Below are positions 9,720 to 17,063 of a stretch of 37,874 nt of DNA, in pieces. Both the position numbers and the translations under genes were made by a program. The stretch is from the sequence record SRR22947727_1660; one strand, 5' to 3'. The notes beneath the pieces are model-generated. The model was not told where the DNA came from, did no database searches, and saw nothing but the letters and a program-made list of their open reading frames with translations. Numbering within the stretch: the first letter of the stretch is position 1; each line of letters begins with the position of its first letter.

Positions 9720-9804
9720 GGGAGTATGGCGGAACTGGTAGACGCGCCGGATTCAAAATCCGGTCACTTCGGTGGTGTGGGTTCGATTCCCTCTACTCCT
9801 ACCA
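9720..9804 (+). tRNA. tRNA-Leu (anticodon CAA)
   Basis: Acceptor GGGAGTA/TACTCCT-A-CCA, D-loop GGTAGAC, anticodon arm CCGGA-TTCAAAA-TCCGG, variable arm CAC-TTCG-GTG, T-loop TTCGATT. Confidence 0.97.
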
Positions 9805-9809
9805 AATAA

Positions 9810-10394
9810 ATGAAACTTTTAAGATCTTTATACAAATGGACGCTTAATAAAGCTGAGCATAAATATTCTTCATGGATACTAAGTATAGTTTCTTTTGCTG
9901 AAAGTTCATTTTTTCCTATTCCACCAGACATACTTCTTATTCCAATGATAATTGCTAAAAGAGTTAATGCATGGTTGTATGCATTTATTTGCACATTTTC
10001 TTCTGTCCTTGGAGGTATTGCTGGATATGCTATAGGGTACTTTTTTTTCAACAGTATTGGTATTTTAATAATTGATGCATATCATTTATCAAATTCTTTT
10101 AATGTATTTGAGAGTTACTATAATGAGTACGGAATATTAATAGTATTGGGAGCAGGCTTTACTCCTTTTCCTTTTAAATTTATTACAATTGCAAGTGGTG
10201 TATTTAACCTTAATATATTTTTATTTATAATAACTGCCTTTATTGCAAGAGGACTAAGATTTTATTTACTTGCAGGATTACTTTTTATTTTTGGTGAAAA
10301 AATAAAAGTTTTTATTGATAAATATTTTAACATGCTTGCTATCTTATTTTTTATTCTTCTAATCGGAAGTATGTTACTAATTAAATTTATTTAA
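9810..10394 (+). CDS. YqaA/DedA (VTT domain) membrane protein
   Basis: SFAESSFFPIPPD, SVLGG..GY.IG, AGFTPFPFK, ARGLRF. Confidence 0.9.
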   Translation: MKLLRSLYKWTLNKAEHKYSSWILSIVSFAESSFFPIPPDILLIPMIIAKRVNAWLYAFICTFSSVLGGIAGYAIGYFFFNSIGILIIDAYHLSNSFNVFESYYNEYGILIVLGAGFTPFPFKFITIASGVFNLNIFLFIITAFIARGLRFYLLAGLLFIFGEKIKVFIDKYFNMLAILFFILLIGSMLLIKFI

Positions 10395-10888
10395 TGTTAC
10401 AAAAGTATTGGTTTTATATTGTTACTCTCTTTAGTGCTGTTGCTTTAACATCAGCGCTTATTGCAGAATTCTATTTTAATTTAGCACCGTGTGAAATGTG
10501 CTTAAAACAAAGAGAACCTTATTATATTATTATTTTAGGATTTGTATTTATTGCAATATTAAGGTGGCAAACACGTATTTGGTTCTACCTTGGTATTCAA
10601 CTCATTAGTATTTATGGATTATTTTATTCTGTTTGGCACGTAGGCATAGAAAATCAATTACTTCCTGGTCCTGCAGGTTGCTCCAGTGGGTTAAATAACA
10701 CAGATAATATCTTAAGCCTAAAAGAACAAATTTTATCAAAACCAGTCATTAATTGTGAAGATATTGCTTGGAGTATTTTTGGGTTATCAGCAGCGACAAT
10801 TAATAGTATGCTTTTATTTTTGATTTTTATTCTAAATGCCATATATCTCTGGAGAAACTATGGCACAGAAAAAGAAAACAATAATTAA
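10394..10888 (+). CDS. dsbB: Disulfide bond formation protein B family
   Basis: PCEMCLKQR (CxxC), H.G.E, second Cys pair (GCS...INC), FGLS.A. Confidence 0.88.
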   Translation: MLQKYWFYIVTLFSAVALTSALIAEFYFNLAPCEMCLKQREPYYIIILGFVFIAILRWQTRIWFYLGIQLISIYGLFYSVWHVGIENQLLPGPAGCSSGLNNTDNILSLKEQILSKPVINCEDIAWSIFGLSAATINSMLLFLIFILNAIYLWRNYGTEKENNN

Positions 10889-11453
10889 AAAAAAATCTGT
10901 AAAAAAATCGAAGTATGCTTCAAATAATAAGCCTTCAACTGATAAAAATATTTTAGATGAAATAATAAGAGTTGATCATGCAGGTGAGTACGGTGCAACT
11001 CGTATTTATGATGGGCAAATTGCCATTTTTGGTAAAGATTCCAAAATTGGCAAAACAATTCAACACATGGCTGATCAAGAGCAAGAGCATATAGAAAAGT
11101 TCAATGAACTTTTAGTCGAAAAACGTGTTCGTCCTACTGCACTGTTACCCTTATGGAATGTTGCTGGGTTTGCTTTAGGGGCTGGAACAGCCCTGATGGG
11201 AGAGAAGGCAGCAATGGCTTGTACAGTAGCAGTCGAGAAAGTTATTGGTGAGCATTACAGAGAACAACAAGATTTATTAGAAGAAGATGAGAAAGAATTA
11301 AAGAAAACAATCGCAAGGTTTGAGAAAGATGAACTGGAGCATCACGATATAGGTCTAGAACATGACGCAGAAAGTGCGCCCGGATACAAGATCATGACAA
11401 AAGTAATTGAAATTGGATGCAAAACAGCAATTGCAATATCAAAAAAAATTTAA
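10860..11453 (+). CDS. coq7: Demethoxyubiquinone hydroxylase (Coq7, di-iron)
   Basis: IRVDHAGEYGA.RIY.GQ, EQEH, RPTALLPLW, AMACTVAVE, DELEH; start chosen at ATG 10860 behind GGAG. Confidence 0.93.
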   Translation: MAQKKKTIIKKKSVKKSKYASNNKPSTDKNILDEIIRVDHAGEYGATRIYDGQIAIFGKDSKIGKTIQHMADQEQEHIEKFNELLVEKRVRPTALLPLWNVAGFALGAGTALMGEKAAMACTVAVEKVIGEHYREQQDLLEEDEKELKKTIARFEKDELEHHDIGLEHDAESAPGYKIMTKVIEIGCKTAIAISKKI

Positions 11454-12004
11454 TTTTCTAATTCAGTATCCCAATATAAGTAGTCTCGCCAACTATCATG
11501 CAAATAATTTGGAGGAAAATTACGACCATTATTCTGTAATTGCATAGAATGAGGTTGAGCAGGTGTTTTTAGTAATTTCATATCAGTATTTTGAATTAAT
11601 TTTCTTCCTTTTTTTAAGTTACATGTCGTACATGCTGATACTACATTTTTCCATGTTGTTTTTCCATGTAAACATCGAGGAACCAAATGATCAAAAGTTA
11701 AATCATTAGCAGCAAATTTTTTTGCACAATATTGACAAGTAAAATTATCACGAAGAAAAACATTAAACCTAGTAAAGGCAGGTTTTCGTTGAGGCATTAC
11801 ATAATCTTTTAGAGCTATTACACTAGGTAACTTAAAAGATATTGTAGGCGAACTAACTGACTGGTCATATTTTTCTATAACAGAAACACGGTCTAAGAAG
11901 ACTGACTTAACAGCATCTTGCCAAGAGCACAAAGAAAGTGGGTAATAAGAGAGTGGTCGAAAATCTGCGTTTAATACCAATGCTGGATTTCCACTTGCGT
12001 TCAT
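11450..12004 (-). CDS. Stand-alone HNH endonuclease (McrA-like, HNH_5)
   Basis: LVLNADFRPLSYYPLS, FTRFNVFLRD.F.CQYC, TFDHLVP, W.NVV.AC..CN..K; a widespread alphaproteobacterial core type. Confidence 0.92.
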   Translation of the reverse strand: MNASGNPALVLNADFRPLSYYPLSLCSWQDAVKSVFLDRVSVIEKYDQSVSSPTISFKLPSVIALKDYVMPQRKPAFTRFNVFLRDNFTCQYCAKKFAANDLTFDHLVPRCLHGKTTWKNVVSACTTCNLKKGRKLIQNTDMKLLKTPAQPHSMQLQNNGRNFPPNYLHDSWRDYLYWDTELEN

Positions 12005-12065
12005 TTTTATCTACTCACCCAGGTCATAAATTATAATAATACTATAATATGATGATTCGGTTACA

Positions 12066-12740
12066 TCATAGAATTTTTTTAATAAATTTTTGCAATAAAG
12101 TTATTGCTTCAGGAGATATATTATGTTCATCTTTATCTAAAACATGTGACTCAAAGTTACATTTGTTTATTTTTAAATATTCTATAGCTTTATGATAATT
12201 TTTTATAGGAAGAACTTCATCTCGCTCGCCATGGGAAATAAAAATGGGTGTTTGTAATAAAGTTTCATTATTAATTTGTTCATGAGACATTATTCGACCT
12301 GAAAGGATAGCTAAGCCAGCCAGTTTTTTTTGAAGAAAATTCCCAACTTCAAAGGTCATCATTCCCCCTTGTGAGAATCCCATTAAAATACAATCTTGAT
12401 AGGTAAGTTTTAATGATTCACAATATTGATCAATAGTTTTGATAATTTTTTTAACAGATTCATTAACTTCTTTGTTAATTTGATCAAATTCTTTAGGTCC
12501 AGCATCCGCAATGTAAACACCATTTGGATATAAGTCGAACCATTGATACCCCATATAATTACCCGAAATAACTCCTGGTGCGTTAAGCGCTATATAAGCC
12601 GCTTGCCATTCTTCTTGATCAATCGGGTGAGCTAAATGCATAAAATTAGCTGCATTATCACCATATCCATGAAGCATAAAAATTAATTTTTTGGGATTAT
12701 CATGTCTTGAAAATGAGGGCCCGTTTAATATTTCAGTCAT
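12066..12740 (-). CDS. Phospholipase/carboxylesterase (alpha/beta hydrolase)
   Basis: LHGYG, QWF, GFSQG nucleophile, HGERDEVLP. Confidence 0.9.
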   Translation of the reverse strand: MTEILNGPSFSRHDNPKKLIFMLHGYGDNAANFMHLAHPIDQEEWQAAYIALNAPGVISGNYMGYQWFDLYPNGVYIADAGPKEFDQINKEVNESVKKIIKTIDQYCESLKLTYQDCILMGFSQGGMMTFEVGNFLQKKLAGLAILSGRIMSHEQINNETLLQTPIFISHGERDEVLPIKNYHKAIEYLKINKCNFESHVLDKDEHNISPEAITLLQKFIKKIL

Positions 12741-12801
12741 AAATTATTATATGCGACATTTCATAGTTCGTTCAAGAGAAGAATTGCACTATATGGTAAA
12801 T

Positions 12802-12996
12802 ATGGATGTATTGCAGATTATTATGGTCGTATTTATGATTGGAGCTCTTGGTGCTGTCGTAGTTGGGGTCATTGCTATGGCGGTAAATGGTAAACTCAAT
12901 AAAAACCATAGTAATAAATTGATGCGTCTTCGTGTTTTATTTCAGGCAATTGCTGTCTTAGTTTTTGTTATTATTATCTGGGCATCAAGGAATTAA
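12802..12996 (+). CDS. Twin transmembrane helix small protein (HIG1 family)
   Basis: Two TM helices with SNKLMRLRVLFQ; start reassigned to ATG 12802 (TATATG-N6-ATG), because the longer ORF overlaps the divergent gene. Confidence 0.85.
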   Translation: MDVLQIIMVVFMIGALGAVVVGVIAMAVNGKLNKNHSNKLMRLRVLFQAIAVLVFVIIIWASRN

Positions 12997-13056
12997 GCCA
13001 AATTTACCCTCTAGAAAAAATTTTATTTTTTTAGTATAAGGCAAATAGAGGTTGTC

Positions 13057-13227
13057 ATGGGAATTCATTTTAATCATAAATCTAAAGCGGGAGACCGTAA
13101 GATGCAAAAAGAGTTGAAGCTTAAACAAAAATCTGATGAACGTAAAAGAAAACGTGAAGAACAAGAGCGTCTTAAATTAGAAGAAGAAATGAGAGAGTTA
13201 GAAGAGCTCACAAAGCCTGACAAGTAA
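13057..13227 (+). CDS. 56-aa highly charged helical small protein (MGIHFNHKSKAGDRKMQKELKLKQKSDERKRKREEQERLKLEEEMRELEELTKPDK)
   Basis: SD AGAGGT at 13047-13052, open frame filling the gap, purine-rich coding-like composition. Confidence 0.72.
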   Translation: MGIHFNHKSKAGDRKMQKELKLKQKSDERKRKREEQERLKLEEEMRELEELTKPDK

Positions 13228-13257
13228 AATCAATGTATTTCTTTAAATTATAATTTT

Positions 13258-14070
13258 TTAGCTAATGGGATACTTATCTAATATAAATTTTCTGAGTATC
13301 GCGAGTGTTTGATCAGCCTCTTCAAGTAACATCATGTGTCCACAATTTTTAATCACATGTACTTCACTACCTTTGATGTGATCTGCTAATTTTTGTCCAT
13401 CCTTCAATCTGCACATCCTATCTTTATCAGCTAAAATAGATAATGTTGGTAGGTCTAATTTTTTTGCTGCTTCAAAACCATTAGTATAATTTTCACATGC
13501 TCTAAAATCAACTCCAAGGGTATCTTTAATTTCCTTACTCTGAACAAGCATCGATCCAGTATTTAAATGATATAAACCTGGAACAGGGTGACCTCCAAAA
13601 TGTCCAGATGGTCCGTGAGCAAAATCCATCATTAAGTCAACTGCTTTAGGATCACTATTTTCTGCAAGTGCTAACAAATCCGGATTCATAGGTATCGCTC
13701 CTGCTCCACCCATTAAACTTAGTGTTTTAATTTTATTTGGATAGCGAGATGCACACTCTACAGCAACAAGACATCCTTGCGAGTGACCTACTAAAGAAGC
13801 CTGATTAAATCCAACAGCATCAATAACATCATTAATCCAGTCAGCCATTTCTTCAACTGAAGTTAAACTTTTACCTCCAGATAATCCATGACCCGGTAAA
13901 TCAAGAGCTAAAACACTATAACCATGAAAAGCAAAATATCTGGTTTGCAAAACCCAACACATGTGGGTGAGACCACTTCCATGGATAAAAACTATCAATG
14001 GTTTATTTTTATCAAAAGGCCTTCCTCCCGTAGAAGCAAAGACCTCCTCATTATTTACATTAAATTTCAT
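13258..14070 (-). CDS. Alpha/beta fold hydrolase
   Basis: FIHGSG, DLPGHG, GHSQG, D.M, CGHMM catalytic triad pattern; ATGA-type/4-nt overlap with the upstream MetY-like gene. Confidence 0.9.
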   Translation of the reverse strand: MKFNVNNEEVFASTGGRPFDKNKPLIVFIHGSGLTHMCWVLQTRYFAFHGYSVLALDLPGHGLSGGKSLTSVEEMADWINDVIDAVGFNQASLVGHSQGCLVAVECASRYPNKIKTLSLMGGAGAIPMNPDLLALAENSDPKAVDLMMDFAHGPSGHFGGHPVPGLYHLNTGSMLVQSKEIKDTLGVDFRACENYTNGFEAAKKLDLPTLSILADKDRMCRLKDGQKLADHIKGSEVHVIKNCGHMMLLEEADQTLAILRKFILDKYPIS

Positions 14071-15377
14071 TTATTTGCGACTAGCTTTGGTTTTTTTGCC
14101 GCTCTAAAGCCATCTTCAAAATCATTTTTAATATCATCAATATCTTCAATCCCAACTGAGAGCCTAATCATATCTTGTGATAAGCCAGCAAATTTTAGTG
14201 TAGCTTCATCCATTTGTGAATGAGTGGCAGATGCAGGATGAATAACCAAAGTTCGAGTATCGCCAACATTAGCTAAATGAGATGCAAGTTTAACATTATT
14301 AATAAAAGCTGTACCCGCTTCCTTTCCTCCTTTGATGCCAAAAGCAATCATCGACCCTCTTCCTTTTGGAAGAATTTTTTTAGCTAGTTCATAATCAGGA
14401 TGATTAGGAGCGCTCGGGTGTGAAACCCATGCAACGCTCTCGTGAGCAAGTAAATATTCGACCATTTTTTCAGCGTTGGCACAATGTTTTTCCATTCTTA
14501 CAGATAATGTTTCAATTCCCTGCATAACATTCCATGCATTCTGTGGACTTAAGCAGGGGCCAAAGTCCCTCATGCCTTCAGCACGTGCTTTCATAGTAAA
14601 AGCAACAGGTCCAAATTCTTCAGCAAAAGATAAACCATGGTAACCCTCGTATTCTTTTGTGAGAGAAGGAAATTTATCATTTTGCATCCAGTTAAATTTT
14701 CCTCCTTCAACAATAACACCCGCCATTGATGAACCATGTCCTGCCATCCACTTTGTTAAAGAATGAACAACTATATCCGCACCAAAATCAAAAGGTTTGC
14801 ATAGATAAGGTGTTTGATATGTACTATCAATCATTAAGGGGATACCTGCGTTATGAGCAATATCAGCAATCTCAGGCATATTCATTAATTCATTTCCAGG
14901 ATTACCTAATAATTCACCAAATATACATTTGGTATTCTCTTTTATAGCTTTTTGAAAACCTTCAGTATCACGCGGTTTCACAAAAGTAGTATTGATGCCA
15001 AACTTCGGCAACGTCAAACGAAGCAGATTAGCGGTTCCTCCGTATACTTGTGAGGAAGCCACTATATGATCCCCTGACTCACATAAAGTCATGATTGCGA
15101 GAAAAATTGCAGCCATTCCAGAAGAAGTTGCAATCGCTGCAGTTCCACCCTCTAAAGCTGCAACTCTTTCTTCAAGCACTCCAACAGTTGGATTGGAAAT
15201 TCTACTATATATATGTCCACCTCGCTCTAAATTAAATAGTGCTGCCGCATGATCAACATCATCGAAAAGATAGGATGTTGTTTGGTAAATAGGTACTTGA
15301 CGAGAGCCACGGTTTTTATCTGGTTGATAACCAGCATGCAAACTAAGGGTGTCAAATTTATAAGTTTTTGGATCCAT
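14067..15377 (-). CDS. metY: O-acetylhomoserine aminocarboxypropyltransferase / sulfhydrylase (MetY-like, PLP)
   Basis: PIYQTTSY, YSRISNPT, HSLTKW (PLP Lys), RD.G..LSP, HLANVGD.RTLVIHPASATHSQ, RLSVGIE. Confidence 0.88.
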   Translation of the reverse strand: MDPKTYKFDTLSLHAGYQPDKNRGSRQVPIYQTTSYLFDDVDHAAALFNLERGGHIYSRISNPTVGVLEERVAALEGGTAAIATSSGMAAIFLAIMTLCESGDHIVASSQVYGGTANLLRLTLPKFGINTTFVKPRDTEGFQKAIKENTKCIFGELLGNPGNELMNMPEIADIAHNAGIPLMIDSTYQTPYLCKPFDFGADIVVHSLTKWMAGHGSSMAGVIVEGGKFNWMQNDKFPSLTKEYEGYHGLSFAEEFGPVAFTMKARAEGMRDFGPCLSPQNAWNVMQGIETLSVRMEKHCANAEKMVEYLLAHESVAWVSHPSAPNHPDYELAKKILPKGRGSMIAFGIKGGKEAGTAFINNVKLASHLANVGDTRTLVIHPASATHSQMDEATLKFAGLSQDMIRLSVGIEDIDDIKNDFEDGFRAAKKPKLVANK

Positions 15378-17008
15378 TAAATCTCCTTTGCTTTCAATCG
15401 TAGTTCAAACTTTTGTATTTTGCCTGTAGAAGTTTTTGGCAATTCACCAAAGACTACATTTTTTGGTCTTTTAAATCCAGCCATATTTTCCTTACAAAAC
15501 TGAATAATTTCATCTTCTGTTGCATTTTTTCCAGGCATTAACTCAACAAATGCACATGGTGTTTCACCCCATTTTTCATCTGGCTTAGCAACAACAGCTA
15601 CTAATGAAACAGATGGATGTTTTGCCACAACGTTTTCAACCTCCACAGAAGAAATATTTTCTCCTCCAGATATTATAATATCTTTGGAGCGGTCCTTAAT
15701 TTGAATATATCCATCTGGATACACAACAGCTAAATCACCTGAATGAAACCAGCCATTACGCATAGATGTTTCAGTGGCTTCTTTATTCTTGTAATAGCCT
15801 TTCATAACTACATTCCCACGCATTAAAATTTCGCCCATTGTTTTTCCATCTTTTGGAACAGGCGTATATGTTTCTGGATCTGCAACCATTGCTTCTTCTA
15901 AATTAGGATAGCGTACTCCCTGTCTTGAATTTAAATCAGCTTTTTCACTATTCGATCGATCATTCCATTCATCATTCCATGCACATTGCAAAACATGACC
16001 ATATGTTTCTGTTAGTCCATACACATGCATTACCTCAAATCCTAAGTTATCCATTTTTTCTAAAATGGCACTTGTTGGAGGAGCTCCTGCTGTTAGGACG
16101 TAGATTTTATGATTAATTTCTTTCTTGTCTTTTTCTTCAGCATTAGCGATTAAATTTAACACGATAGGCGCACCACCAAAATGAGTTACATTATGCTGAT
16201 CAATAAGATTGTAAATATCTTTAGCTGTTATGTATCGACAACAAACTACTTTTGCATGAATTAATGCCGCTGTCCATGGATAGCCCCATCCATTACAGTG
16301 GAACATTGGCACCGTTGCAAGAAAAGTAAGTTTATTCGTCATGTTCCATGCAGTCACACTACCTGTTGACATTAGATAAGATCCGCGGTGATGATAGACA
16401 ACGCCTTTTGGCTTTCCTGTTGTCCCAGAAGTATAACTTAAAGATATTGCTTGCCATTCATCTTCTGGTAAAGACCAATTAAAATCATTGTCTCCTGTTT
16501 CTAAGAATTCTTCATAAGTCCAATCACCTATTTTTTCACCTTCACCCTCTTTAAATATTGCTTGATCATCATGGATATCGATGATGGGAATTTTTTTTCC
16601 ATAGATATCTAAAGCTTTTTTTATTGTAGGAGAAAACTGAGTATCAGTAATTAACATCTTGGCATCACTATGCTCTAAAATATACGCAATTGTCTCAGCA
16701 TCTAAGCGAGTATTAATTGTGTTAACAACGCCACCAGTCATTGGTATAGAATAATGAGCCTCCAATAATTCTGGAGTATTTGCCGCAATAATTGATACAG
16801 TATTACCAAGGCCAATACCTTGCTTTGTCAAAGCACTCGCAAACTTCGTACAGCGATTATATGTTTGAAGCCAAGTATAATTTCTATTTCCATAAACTAC
16901 AGACTCATAGTTTGGATAAATATCTTTCGCTCGCGTAATAAAACTTAAGGGTGTAAGAGGAACATAATTGGCTTTATTTTTATCAAGATCTTTAGAAAAT
17001 TGATTCAT
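15377..17008 (-). CDS. Acyl-CoA synthetase (AMP-binding), DmdB1-like 3-(methylthio)propionyl-CoA ligase candidate
   Basis: N-terminal LDKN.ANYVPLTPLSF, YTSGTTGKPKG, PMFHCNGW, YGLTE, WFHSGD, KTSTGKIQK; substrate is inferred. Confidence 0.85.
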   Translation of the reverse strand: MNQFSKDLDKNKANYVPLTPLSFITRAKDIYPNYESVVYGNRNYTWLQTYNRCTKFASALTKQGIGLGNTVSIIAANTPELLEAHYSIPMTGGVVNTINTRLDAETIAYILEHSDAKMLITDTQFSPTIKKALDIYGKKIPIIDIHDDQAIFKEGEGEKIGDWTYEEFLETGDNDFNWSLPEDEWQAISLSYTSGTTGKPKGVVYHHRGSYLMSTGSVTAWNMTNKLTFLATVPMFHCNGWGYPWTAALIHAKVVCCRYITAKDIYNLIDQHNVTHFGGAPIVLNLIANAEEKDKKEINHKIYVLTAGAPPTSAILEKMDNLGFEVMHVYGLTETYGHVLQCAWNDEWNDRSNSEKADLNSRQGVRYPNLEEAMVADPETYTPVPKDGKTMGEILMRGNVVMKGYYKNKEATETSMRNGWFHSGDLAVVYPDGYIQIKDRSKDIIISGGENISSVEVENVVAKHPSVSLVAVVAKPDEKWGETPCAFVELMPGKNATEDEIIQFCKENMAGFKRPKNVVFGELPKTSTGKIQKFELRLKAKEI

Positions 17009-17063
17009 CGATTTTGTTATAGCATTAAAAAAAATAATTAAAATGCCTAGTGAAAAGGATCAA

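Noticed and set aside
9720-9804. tRNA as an integration site for a genomic island
   Set aside because: No integrase and no duplicated tRNA 3' end seen; downstream genes are core-type
11450-12004. HNH nuclease as part of a defence, CRISPR-like or mobile system
   Set aside because: It matches the common stand-alone alphaproteobacterial HNH next to a carboxylesterase; there are no repeats/spacers, ncRNA space, RuvC motifs, methylase or transposon ends nearby
12048-12070. Hairpin TATGATG...CATCATA between the carboxylesterase and HNH genes as a terminator
   Set aside because: Weak AT-rich 7-bp stem overlapping the stop codon, with no U tail; not enough support
12691-12801. Upstream extensions of track ORFs (12691, 10836, 20971, 34944)
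   Set aside because: They overlap neighbouring genes; family homology and start signals fit downstream ATGs (12802, 10860, 21046, 34968)
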